A stretch of 64,000 nucleotides of DNA from Alphaproteobacteria bacterium. GTDB lineage: Bacteria; Pseudomonadota; Alphaproteobacteria; MPNO01. This document shows positions 52,589-60,071 of the stretch, piece by piece. The translations under genes were made by a program, and so were the position numbers. The first letter of the stretch is position 1. Each line of letters starts with the position of its first letter. Where the stretch lies: assembly GCA_965248835.1 (NCBI GenBank), contig CBDFLJ010000001.1, positions 1,216,001 to 1,280,000 of the forward strand. Reading direction: 5' to 3'. The notes under the pieces are model-generated. The model was given only the letters and a program-made list of their open reading frames with translations, was not told the origin of the DNA and ran no database searches.

Positions 52589-53206
52589 ATGAGGTCCCAG
52601 ATCATCACCGGTTTGCTGGCGCTCTCGGTCGGATTGGGCAGCGGTTGGCTGTTGTTCGCGGAGTTGCCGAGCTCGGCCGCCGGACAAGGTACCGCTCAGG
52701 CAAGCTCTGCATCGGTCGGCGGTACGTTGGGTCCCGCGCGCCGCGCAGGGCAACGCGATCACGGCCACCGGCACGACGCCGGGCGCGGCGGCAGCCGACA
52801 GAGCGCCCCGGCCATGCCCGGGCGCTGCCGGACCTTGCTGGACCGGGCCGGCGCCATTCCTCCGCGTCTCTTCCTGCCGGATGTGGAAGCCGAAATTGCC
52901 GCTCTCGCCAAGCTCGGGCTCGACCAGCGACAGCAGAATACGATCCGCGGCGCCTTCAACGCCGAAGCCGCGGCCGTCGAGCGGAGCAGACGCGCCTTGA
53001 AAGCGGCGCAACAGAAACTCGGACGCCTGAGTCCGGAAAACGAGGGTGTTGGCGGCGCACGTTCCCGGGTCGCGTTCTCGGCGCATCGGGCGCTGGACCA
53101 TGTTCTGGACGCCTCTTCCAAGCGGCGCGACGCCGTGCTCGCTGTGCTCTCGGCGCCGCAGCGAACCAAGCTCTTGGCACTGGAAGAAGCGGATGGGACG
53201 AATTGA
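52589..53206 (+). CDS. Exported or membrane-anchored Spy/CpxP-like protein with His patch
   Basis: SD GGAGG; hydrophobic N-terminus; RDHGHRHD; LTxxQ-like LGLDQRQ and VLSAPQRTKL. Confidence 0.55.
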   Translation: MRSQIITGLLALSVGLGSGWLLFAELPSSAAGQGTAQASSASVGGTLGPARRAGQRDHGHRHDAGRGGSRQSAPAMPGRCRTLLDRAGAIPPRLFLPDVEAEIAALAKLGLDQRQQNTIRGAFNAEAAAVERSRRALKAAQQKLGRLSPENEGVGGARSRVAFSAHRALDHVLDASSKRRDAVLAVLSAPQRTKLLALEEADGTN

Positions 53207-53230
53207 GTCACACACCATCCCGTCACAATC

Positions 53231-53249
53231 ATGAATGATTATCGTTATT
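53231..53249. promoter_or_regulatory. Fur-box-like site upstream of hemP
   Basis: Minus strand AATAACGATAATCATTCAT, 14/19 match. Confidence 0.65.
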
Positions 53250-53354
53250 GATAAGCCGGAGTTGCGGCGACGGGTCCGATACGAGATCTCGGCCACTGAA
53301 GCCGAGTCCTGGCGTCGTCGCTCGGGAGCAGCGACGCAACAACGGCGGGAACCA

Positions 53355-53636
53355 TTGCTTTCGGCACCGGACAAGCCCGGCGGCACGCGTGTCGGCGAGC
53401 CTTGCGATGGCGGTGTCCGTTGCACTGCAAGTCACGATCTGTTCGCCGGCGCCAAGGAGGTGATCTTGGAACATGGCGGCGAGCAATATCGGCTGCGCCG
53501 CACCAGAAAGGGAGAGCGGATCTTGACGAAATTGATTTATCGAGGATTGGCGATCGGCCGCTTCCTGCCACCCGTTTCGCGCCCTGTGGACGCCGGGCTG
53601 TTGTGGCAGGAATGGGATGAAAGGAGCACGCCTTGA
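53355..53636 (+). CDS. hemP: Hemin uptake protein HemP/HmuP (stop apparently disrupted)
   Basis: SHDLFAGAKEVILEHGGEQYRLRRTRKGERILTK matches HemP; reads through the usual end; TTG start inferred. Confidence 0.7.
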   Translation: MLSAPDKPGGTRVGEPCDGGVRCTASHDLFAGAKEVILEHGGEQYRLRRTRKGERILTKLIYRGLAIGRFLPPVSRPVDAGLLWQEWDERSTP

Positions 53637-53835
53637 AGGCCATCCAAGCCAGCTACCCGCGACCGACCGGGCGCATGACAGCCAGCCAGGACGGCACACC
53701 CAAGAGGACGCAAAAAATGGCGAACGGTGTTGGCGCCGCCTTGAGCGGAGCACGCCGTATGAATGGATTGATTTCTGTCGTTTCCGCGGCGCCGAGAATG
53801 GGCATGCCGCTATGACGCGCGGGGCGGATCTGACA

Positions 53836-54276
53836 ATGAAACGCCGTCAAGCCACGCGCGGGCGGCTGCGCCGGTCGATCTGCGGAGTCCTCATCGGCTT
53901 CATGGCGACGACGGCGCAGGCCGCCGATCGGAACCTCTCGATCGAGCTCAACAAGCTGGAGCCGCACGGTAGTGCCTGTCGAGCCTATCTCGTTCTCGAA
54001 AACAAGACCGGGGCCCGTTTCAAGACACTCAAGCTCGACCTCGTAATGTTCGACACCGGCGGCATCATTGCAAAGCGGCTCGCTGTCGAGGCGGCGCCCC
54101 TGCCCGTCGGCAAGACCAGCCTCAAGGTCTTTGACATTGGCGGCTTGCCCTGCGAGGTCGTGGGTCGGGTTCTGCTCAACGACGTGATGGCCTGCGCCGA
54201 CGCCTCGGGCGAGCGCGACGACTGCCTGGACCTGGTCGTCCCAGCGTCGCGCGGCCCGGTCGACCTCATCAAATGA
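53836..54276 (+). CDS. Conserved exported protein with 4 Cys in the mature part, upstream of exbB
   Basis: Arg-rich signal ending AQA; LSIELNKLE..CR, LDLVMFD, KVFD...C, LLNDVMAC...C. Confidence 0.7.
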   Translation: MKRRQATRGRLRRSICGVLIGFMATTAQAADRNLSIELNKLEPHGSACRAYLVLENKTGARFKTLKLDLVMFDTGGIIAKRLAVEAAPLPVGKTSLKVFDIGGLPCEVVGRVLLNDVMACADASGERDDCLDLVVPASRGPVDLIK

Positions 54277-54322
54277 ACCAGGCGCGTCCCGATAGGGCTT
54301 GTCGAGAAGGCTGAAACGTGAT

Positions 54323-54347
54323 GAAAATGATTGTCATTCGCATTATT
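54323..54347. promoter_or_regulatory. Tandem Fur-box-like site upstream of exbB
   Basis: GAAAATGATTGTCATTCGC 14/19; 54334-54346 is the reverse complement of the 13-mer at 46000-46012. Confidence 0.68.
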
Positions 54348-54421
54348 AACGGACGCGCTTGTTTGCAGCCGCCACTCGACCTCGGGCGCGACGGGATCGG
54401 GCGCTACGGTATCGAGGGCCG

Positions 54422-55180
54422 ATGGACATGAACCAGGTGACGGCCGCCGCCGAATTCTCTGGACCCGAGGCTCTGCAGGGGCTCGTCGAGCGGGTGCAGG
54501 AGCTGCTGCAAGCCGGCGGGCCGGTGGTCGCGATCCTGCTCGTCCTGTCGGTGGCGGCGCTCGCAATCGTCTTCGTGAAGCTGATCCAGTTCCGCGTGGC
54601 CCGCGTCGCCGACCGGCGGACAGCGCGCGAGGCGCTGCGTCTATGGCATGCCGGGCGGGTTCGCGAAGCGCTGGCATGCGCCGATCGCTCAAAGAATCCG
54701 GCGGCTCAGGCGCTGGCGTGCGCCATGCGCGGGCAGCGCCGCGGCCTGCCCGAGACCATGGTGCGCGAGGAGGTGGTGCGCTACGGCGGCGAAATGCTGG
54801 AGTCGCTGCACGCCTGGTTCCGGCCGCTGGAAGTGATCGCCTCACTAGCGCCGCTGCTCGGCTTGTTCGGCACGGTGCTCGGCATGATCGCGGCGTTCCA
54901 GCAATTGGAAACCGCCGGCAATCAGGTCAATCCGGCGATCCTCTCCGGCGGCATCTGGGAGGCGCTGCTGACCACCGCCGTCGGCCTCGCCGTTGCCATC
55001 CCCGTCGTCGTGGTCCTGAACTGGCTAGAGCGCAAGGTGGACCGCCTAGCGCGAGAGATGGACAGCGTCGTCACCCGCATATTCACCGAGGAGCTGTCGG
55101 CGGAGTCCGACCAACCCGAGGAAGACGAGCGCCATGAATCGGCCCGTTTCCGCGCTGCCGCCGCGACGGCTGGCGAATAG
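54422..55180 (+). CDS. exbB: ExbB (MotA/TolQ/ExbB proton channel)
   Basis: GGPVV, APLLGLFGTVLGMI, GIWEALLTTAVGL. Confidence 0.92.
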   Translation: MDMNQVTAAAEFSGPEALQGLVERVQELLQAGGPVVAILLVLSVAALAIVFVKLIQFRVARVADRRTAREALRLWHAGRVREALACADRSKNPAAQALACAMRGQRRGLPETMVREEVVRYGGEMLESLHAWFRPLEVIASLAPLLGLFGTVLGMIAAFQQLETAGNQVNPAILSGGIWEALLTTAVGLAVAIPVVVVLNWLERKVDRLAREMDSVVTRIFTEELSAESDQPEEDERHESARFRAAAATAGE

Positions 55181-55562
55181 CACGCAGCGGCGCCCGCTGA
55201 TCAGCCTCACGCCGCTGATCGACGTGGTGTTCATCCTGCTTGTCTTCTTCATGCTGGCGTCGTCCTTCCTCGACTGGCGCGCGATCGACCTGAATGCCCC
55301 GGCGCAGACGGCCGCCGGATCGTCTGTTGAGGGGGCGCTGCTGGTCGAGGTGGGGTCCGAGGACCTGCGGCTCTCCGGCGAAACGATGTCATTGGAGACA
55401 CTAGCCGCCCGCGTGGCCGAGCGCGTGGCGGTTAATCCCGAGCAGAAGGTGCTGGTGAAGCCCGCTTCCGGAGTGCCGCTCCAGGGCGCGGTCGAGATAC
55501 TCGACGGGCTGACCTCGGCCGGCGTTATCGATCTCTCGCTGATCCGCGGCGCAAGGCGGTGA
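55134..55562 (+). CDS. exbD: ExbD
   Basis: LTPLIDVVFILLVFFML. Confidence 0.9.
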   Translation: MNRPVSALPPRRLANSTQRRPLISLTPLIDVVFILLVFFMLASSFLDWRAIDLNAPAQTAAGSSVEGALLVEVGSEDLRLSGETMSLETLAARVAERVAVNPEQKVLVKPASGVPLQGAVEILDGLTSAGVIDLSLIRGARR

Positions 55563-55566
55563 CGCG

Positions 55567-55971
55567 TTGCGCTTCGAGCCGCCCCGCCTGAAGAACGACG
55601 AAGAGCGCATCCTGCCGCTGATCAACGTCGTCTTTCTCTTACTGATTTTCTTCATGCTGGTGGGCAAGCTCGCGGCGTCCGACCCCTTCGAGATCGCGCC
55701 GCCGCGTTCGGCGAGCGAGGGGCCGGCCGGGACGCAGGAAATGCTTGTGCTCGTTGGGGCTGACGGCAAGCTCGCCCTCGACGGCAAGGTTCTGGAGGAG
55801 ACGGCGCTTGAGGCTGCGGTGGCCGAGCGTCTCTCGGCAAGCGAAGAGACGCGGGTGCGCCTCAAGGCCGATGGCCGGGCCGAAGCGACACAGGTGATCG
55901 CGGTGATGGAGCGCCTGCGTGCGGCGGGCGTCGAGCGGCTCAAACTCTTGACTGTGTCGGAGGGAGGCTGA
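55567..55971 (+). CDS. exbD: Second ExbD (Asn in place of TM Asp)
   Basis: ILPLINVVFLLLIFFML, LKADG. Confidence 0.85.
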   Translation: MRFEPPRLKNDEERILPLINVVFLLLIFFMLVGKLAASDPFEIAPPRSASEGPAGTQEMLVLVGADGKLALDGKVLEETALEAAVAERLSASEETRVRLKADGRAEATQVIAVMERLRAAGVERLKLLTVSEGG

Positions 55972-57296
55972 TGCAAGCCGCCGGCCGGCACTGGGCGTTG
56001 GCGCTCTCCGGGTCCGTGCTGATCCATATCGGCGTCGTGGCAGCCATCCTGTGGCAACCACCAGAGTCCGGTGCCCGGAGTGCCGGCATGGGCGGCGTGG
56101 AAGTCTCGCTGGGCCCGGCTGGCGGTGCGCCCGGCGGCGAGGCACAACCCGTCGAGGCTTTTGCCGAGGCAGAGGCGGTCAAGCCTACCGAGACCGCGGC
56201 GACGCGGACCCCGCCCGCCGAGGCGGCCGTCGAGCCCCCAGAGCCGGTGCCGCCGGAGCAGGCCCAACTGGTCGAGGCCGCCAAACCCAGTGAGACACCC
56301 GTCGAAACCGTGCCGGTCGAGGATTCGGCGCCCGTGGAGGTGGCAGAGACGGCCCCGGTCGAGACGATGGTGGAGGTCGTCGAGCGCCGGTTGCCTCTGC
56401 CGGCCGAGGCCGCACCACCGGAAGAGGTCGTCGCGAAGGCTGTGGTCGCACCGCCGCTGCCCACACCGAAGCCCCGCCCGCCGGAGTTGACCCGACAAGG
56501 GACGGCGCTCGCGCCTCAGTCCGCGCCTGAGCAGGCCCAACTGGTCGAGGCCGCCAAACCCAGTGAGACACCCGTCGAAACCGTGCCGGTCGAGGATTCG
56601 GCGCCCGTGGAGGTGGCGGAGACGGCCCCGGTCGAGACGATGGTGGAGGTCGTCGAGCGCCGGTCGCCTCTGCCGGCCGAGGCCGCACCACCGGAAGAGG
56701 TCGTCGAGCACCGGCCGCCCCTGCCGGTCGAGGCCGCGCCACCGGAAGAGGTCGTCGCGAAGGCTGTGGTCGCACCGCCGCTGCCCACACCGAAGCCCCG
56801 CCCGCCGGAGTTGACCCGACAAGAGACGGCGCTCGCGCCTCAGTCCGCGCCTGAGCCGGCCCGACGGACCGCGGAGGTGCTCGAGCCGACGGAAGAGCAG
56901 ACGGCCGCCGTTACGCCGACGGTATCGGGCACCGGAGGTAAAGCCGGCACACAGGTGAGCCCGGAGGCTGGCAGCGCTGACGCATCCAGCGGCGGTGGCA
57001 TGCCGGGCGCCACGGCCAACTACATGGCCCTGCTACGGGCCTGGTTCGAGCGGCACAAGGAGTACCCCCGCCGGGCGCAGATGCGCGGCCAGGAGGGGAC
57101 TGCGCTCCTCTACTTTGTAATGGACCGCGACGGGCGGGTGATCGAGTTCCGGTTGCAGCAGAGCTCCGGCCACGACCTGCTCGACCGCGAGGTGGCGGCG
57201 ATGATCGAACGCGCCCAACCGCTGCCGAAGATGCCGGACGAAATGCGCCAGACCCGCCTCAAGCTGGTCGTGCCGGTGCAGTTCCTCCTCTGGTGA
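55971..57296 (+). CDS. tonB: Energy transducer TonB with extended Glu/Pro linker
   Basis: SVLIH TM motif; KEYPRRA..RGQEG, SSG...LDRE, AQPLP, VPVQF. Confidence 0.92.
   Translation: MQAAGRHWALALSGSVLIHIGVVAAILWQPPESGARSAGMGGVEVSLGPAGGAPGGEAQPVEAFAEAEAVKPTETAATRTPPAEAAVEPPEPVPPEQAQLVEAAKPSETPVETVPVEDSAPVEVAETAPVETMVEVVERRLPLPAEAAPPEEVVAKAVVAPPLPTPKPRPPELTRQGTALAPQSAPEQAQLVEAAKPSETPVETVPVEDSAPVEVAETAPVETMVEVVERRSPLPAEAAPPEEVVEHRPPLPVEAAPPEEVVAKAVVAPPLPTPKPRPPELTRQETALAPQSAPEPARRTAEVLEPTEEQTAAVTPTVSGTGGKAGTQVSPEAGSADASSGGGMPGATANYMALLRAWFERHKEYPRRAQMRGQEGTALLYFVMDRDGRVIEFRLQQSSGHDLLDREVAAMIERAQPLPKMPDEMRQTRLKLVVPVQFLLW
56256..56852 (+). repeat. Tandem duplication within tonB (273 bp + 324 bp)
   Basis: 56256-56528 repeated at 56529-56852 with about 3 substitutions and a 51-bp internal sub-duplication. 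Confidence 0.92.
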
Positions 57297-57407
57297 GTCC
57301 TTCGCTCGAAGCCCGGTCCCTTAACGGGCGCCGATAAGAGCATGGGAACCGAAGCGCGAACAGACGCTCCGCGCCGCCGCCCGCATCGCGCTGAGGAAGC
57401 AGATACT

Positions 57408-57626
57408 TATGCCGACCCGCGCTGATGAAGACTGACGAAGGGGATTCCTGAATCGGGGTTTTTTCCGATTCATCATGGCAAACGAAAGGAGGTTTGCCAT
57501 GGCCGCCCCGATCCTCCTTCGAGCCGACTACGACGGAGCGACGCTGCGTGAGCTTGCCAAGGCGTCGTCGGACGCGAACCAGACCCGCCGTCTGCTGGCG
57601 CTGGCGGTGATCTACGACGGTGGCCG
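57408..57626 (+). mobile_element. IS630-family left-end remnant
   Basis: TA at 57408; ATG 57499 [42 protein letters not shown], typical alphaproteobacterial IS630 transposase N-terminus; truncated after about 42 codons. Confidence 0.75.
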
Positions 57627-57842
57627 GTGGGGCGATTCGGCCCAACATGCATTGCGCCTTTTTCGGCACTGTTCGAGTTATCCTGATCTCATCAAGATCG
57701 GCCGCAGGGCCGGCATCGTGCCTGAGAAACACCTTGGCGACTCCGAGGTGCCACCTGGTTGGTACGACGGGTATCCGAGACGGGCCGCCTGGCTCGGTTG
57801 ACTTGCAAGCTCAGAAACCACAGCAGAGGCGGACAATCGATG
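57627..57842 (+). pseudogene. Degenerate duplicate of the 5' part of the DUF2325 gene
   Basis: Colinear with 47777-47992; exact 35-mer CTCATCAAGATCGGCCGCAGGGCCGGCATCGTGCC at 47838 and 57688; indels break the frame. Confidence 0.85.
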
Positions 57843-57878
57843 TGCTACAAAAACCGAGAATTCCATTTGCTGACGACG

Positions 57879-57890
57879 GCGAGGGCACCC
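57879..57890 (+). repeat. Right 12-bp direct repeat GCGAGGGCACCC
   Basis: Identical to 42020-42031. Confidence 0.75.
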
Positions 57891-57916
57891 TGAGCCGACC
57901 AGAGGAGGATCCGGGC

Positions 57917-58207
57917 ATGGTCGAGAAACTCACCGCGGAGCAGCGCGCCGAGGCGGTCTCCACGCTGCCCGGCTGGGCGGATGTCGAGGGGCGGGATGCG
58001 ATCTGCAAGACCTTCCAGTTCGGCGATTTCAACGAGGCCTTCGGCTTCATGAGCCGGGTCGCGCTGATGGCCGAGAAGGCCGACCACCACCCCGAATGGT
58101 TCAACGTCTACAACCGGGTCGAGATCACGCTGTCGACCCATGACGCCGGCGGGCTCAGCCAGCGCGACGTGGACCTGGCGCACGTCATCGACCGGCTTGC
58201 CGGCTAG
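57917..58207 (+). CDS. phhB: 4a-hydroxytetrahydrobiopterin dehydratase
   Basis: [33 protein letters not shown]; SD GAGGAGG. Confidence 0.95.
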   Translation: MVEKLTAEQRAEAVSTLPGWADVEGRDAICKTFQFGDFNEAFGFMSRVALMAEKADHHPEWFNVYNRVEITLSTHDAGGLSQRDVDLAHVIDRLAG

Positions 58208-59081
58208 CGCCGCGGGCGACATAGAGCGCACCGCCGACGATCATCAGCGCGCCGAGGAGCGTCCAGCCCGAGGGGATTTCGGCGAACAGGAAGAAGCCGA
58301 TCAGGCTGGCGTAGATCAGCCGTATGTATTCCAGCGGCCCGACGACCGAGGCCTCGCCGACGCTGAAGCCCTTGACGAAGCAGGCCATGGCGATTGCGGT
58401 AAGCACGCCGATCAGGACCAGCATGCCGAAGCTTGCCGGATCGGGCGTCTTCCACACCCACAGCGCCGGGCCGGCAAACAGCACGATCCCGAAGAGATGG
58501 TAGTAGAACAGGATGCGGATCACCGGTTCGGTCGTCGACATCCGGCGGATCAGGACGATCGCCAGCGCGAACAGCGCCGCCGCGACCAGGGCGACCACCC
58601 AGGCGATATCGAACACCGCGCCGCCGGGGCGGACCATGACCAGAACGCCGAGAAAGCCGAAGGCGGTCGCCCCCCAGCGGCGCCAGCCGACGGCCTCGCC
58701 CAGCATCACGACCGCGAGCAGGGTAAGGAACAGCGGGCGGGTGAAAGCCGCCGCCGTCGCGTCGGCGAGGTAGAGATGGATCACCGAGTAATAGACCGCG
58801 GCCTGGCCGGTGCCGGCGATCACCGCCCGGGTCAGGTGCAGGAAGATACGTTCGGTCTGCCAGGCCGCGCGGCCGGCCTTGACGAGCCAGGGGATGAGGA
58901 TCAGGAGCCCCACGACGTAGCGGAACAGGGCCATCTGGACCGGGTCGAACGCCTGGCCGAGCGTCTTGACCACGCCGTCGGTCAGCGCGAAGAAAGCCGA
59001 GCCCAGGACGATCCACAGCGCGCCCTGGGCGTTGCCCGACAGGCCGCTCAGGCTTGCCGCCAGTCTGGTCCGCCCGCTCAC
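58185..59081 (-). CDS. DMT/EamA family transporter
   Basis: About 10 TM segments; [27 protein letters not shown]. Confidence 0.9.
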   Translation of the reverse strand: MSGRTRLAASLSGLSGNAQGALWIVLGSAFFALTDGVVKTLGQAFDPVQMALFRYVVGLLILIPWLVKAGRAAWQTERIFLHLTRAVIAGTGQAAVYYSVIHLYLADATAAAFTRPLFLTLLAVVMLGEAVGWRRWGATAFGFLGVLVMVRPGGAVFDIAWVVALVAAALFALAIVLIRRMSTTEPVIRILFYYHLFGIVLFAGPALWVWKTPDPASFGMLVLIGVLTAIAMACFVKGFSVGEASVVGPLEYIRLIYASLIGFFLFAEIPSGWTLLGALMIVGGALYVARGASRQAGR

Positions 59082-59191
59082 CGCCGGCCCTCGCCTCGCC
59101 GCCCTTCCGGCATCGTTCCGACTCCACACGTGCCGGCCGGCCGTGCCTGCCCTAACATGCCGACCGGCGGGGTTCGGGGGAAGGCCGGGCG

Positions 59192-59998
59192 ATGAACCGG
59201 GGGGCGTTTCAGGGCAAGACGGTCTGGATCACCGGCGCCTCCGGCGGGTTGGGCGAGGCCCTGGCGCATGCCTTCCGCGCCGCCGGTGCGCGGCTGGTCC
59301 TGTCCGCCCGGCGCGAGGCCGCGCTCGCGCGCGTCGCCGGCGATCTCGGCGGCGGGCCCGACGAGATCCTGGTCGTGCCGATGGACCTCACCCGGCCGGA
59401 AGCGATCGAGGATGCGGTCCGGGCGGTGCACACCCGGCTCGGCGCCATCGATGTCCTGGTCAACAACGCCGGCCAGACCCAGCGCGCGCTGGTCCGCGAT
59501 GCCGCGCCCGCGGTGACCCGGGCGCTGTTCGAGGTCAATGTCTTCGGCCCGCTGGCGCTGACCCGCGCCGTGCTGCCGGCGATGACCGAGGCCGGCGGCG
59601 GGCGGATCGTGGTGATCTCCTCGATCGCCGCGCTCTATTCCTCGCCCTACCGGTCGGGCTACAACGCCGCGAAGAAGGCGCTGCACGGCCTGTTCGACGC
59701 CTTGCGTGCGGAAGAGCACAGCAACGGGATCCAGGTCAGCCTGATCGTGCTGGGCGCGGTGCGCACCGACGTGTCGGTCAACGCGCTGCGCGCCGACGGC
59801 AGCCGCTACGGCCGCATGGACCCGGCGATGGCTGCCGGCATGGACCCCGCCGCCGTGGCGCGGCGCATCGTCGAGGCCGCCGCTTCCGGCCGCGAGGAGA
59901 TCCTCATCGCCCCGCTTCCCCAGCGCTGGCTGGTCTGGCGCAAGAAGTATTTCGCCGGTTTGGCCTCGCGCGCGGTTCGTCTGAAGCCATCGCGCTGA
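59192..59998 (+). CDS. SDR family oxidoreductase
   Basis: TGASGGLG, NNAG, YNAAK. Confidence 0.92.
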   Translation: MNRGAFQGKTVWITGASGGLGEALAHAFRAAGARLVLSARREAALARVAGDLGGGPDEILVVPMDLTRPEAIEDAVRAVHTRLGAIDVLVNNAGQTQRALVRDAAPAVTRALFEVNVFGPLALTRAVLPAMTEAGGGRIVVISSIAALYSSPYRSGYNAAKKALHGLFDALRAEEHSNGIQVSLIVLGAVRTDVSVNALRADGSRYGRMDPAMAAGMDPAAVARRIVEAAASGREEILIAPLPQRWLVWRKKYFAGLASRAVRLKPSR

Positions 59999-60071
59999 GC
60001 CACGCCGCGGCGGGGCTTGACGCTCGCGCAGGCCTGCGCGAGATAGGGCGGCTGGTGCAAGGGGAAACGTT

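Larger units (their letters stand above)
42020..57890. mobile_element. Iron-acquisition genomic island bounded by 12-bp direct repeats
   Basis: GCGAGGGCACCC at 42020-42031 and 57879-57890; visibly more AT-rich than flanks; IS630 remnant at right end; coherent iron-uptake gene content. Confidence 0.72.

Noticed and set aside
56256-56852. CRISPR-like repeat array
   Set aside because: In-frame coding duplication within tonB; no spacers and no cas genes
57475-57801. 108-aa ORF as a novel fusion protein
   Set aside because: Accidental join of the IS630 stub and a frameshifted DUF2325 remnant
57843-57890. Tn3-like terminal inverted repeat
   Set aside because: Only vague resemblance; no matching inverted repeat at the left end, and the duplication is 12 bp rather than 5 bp
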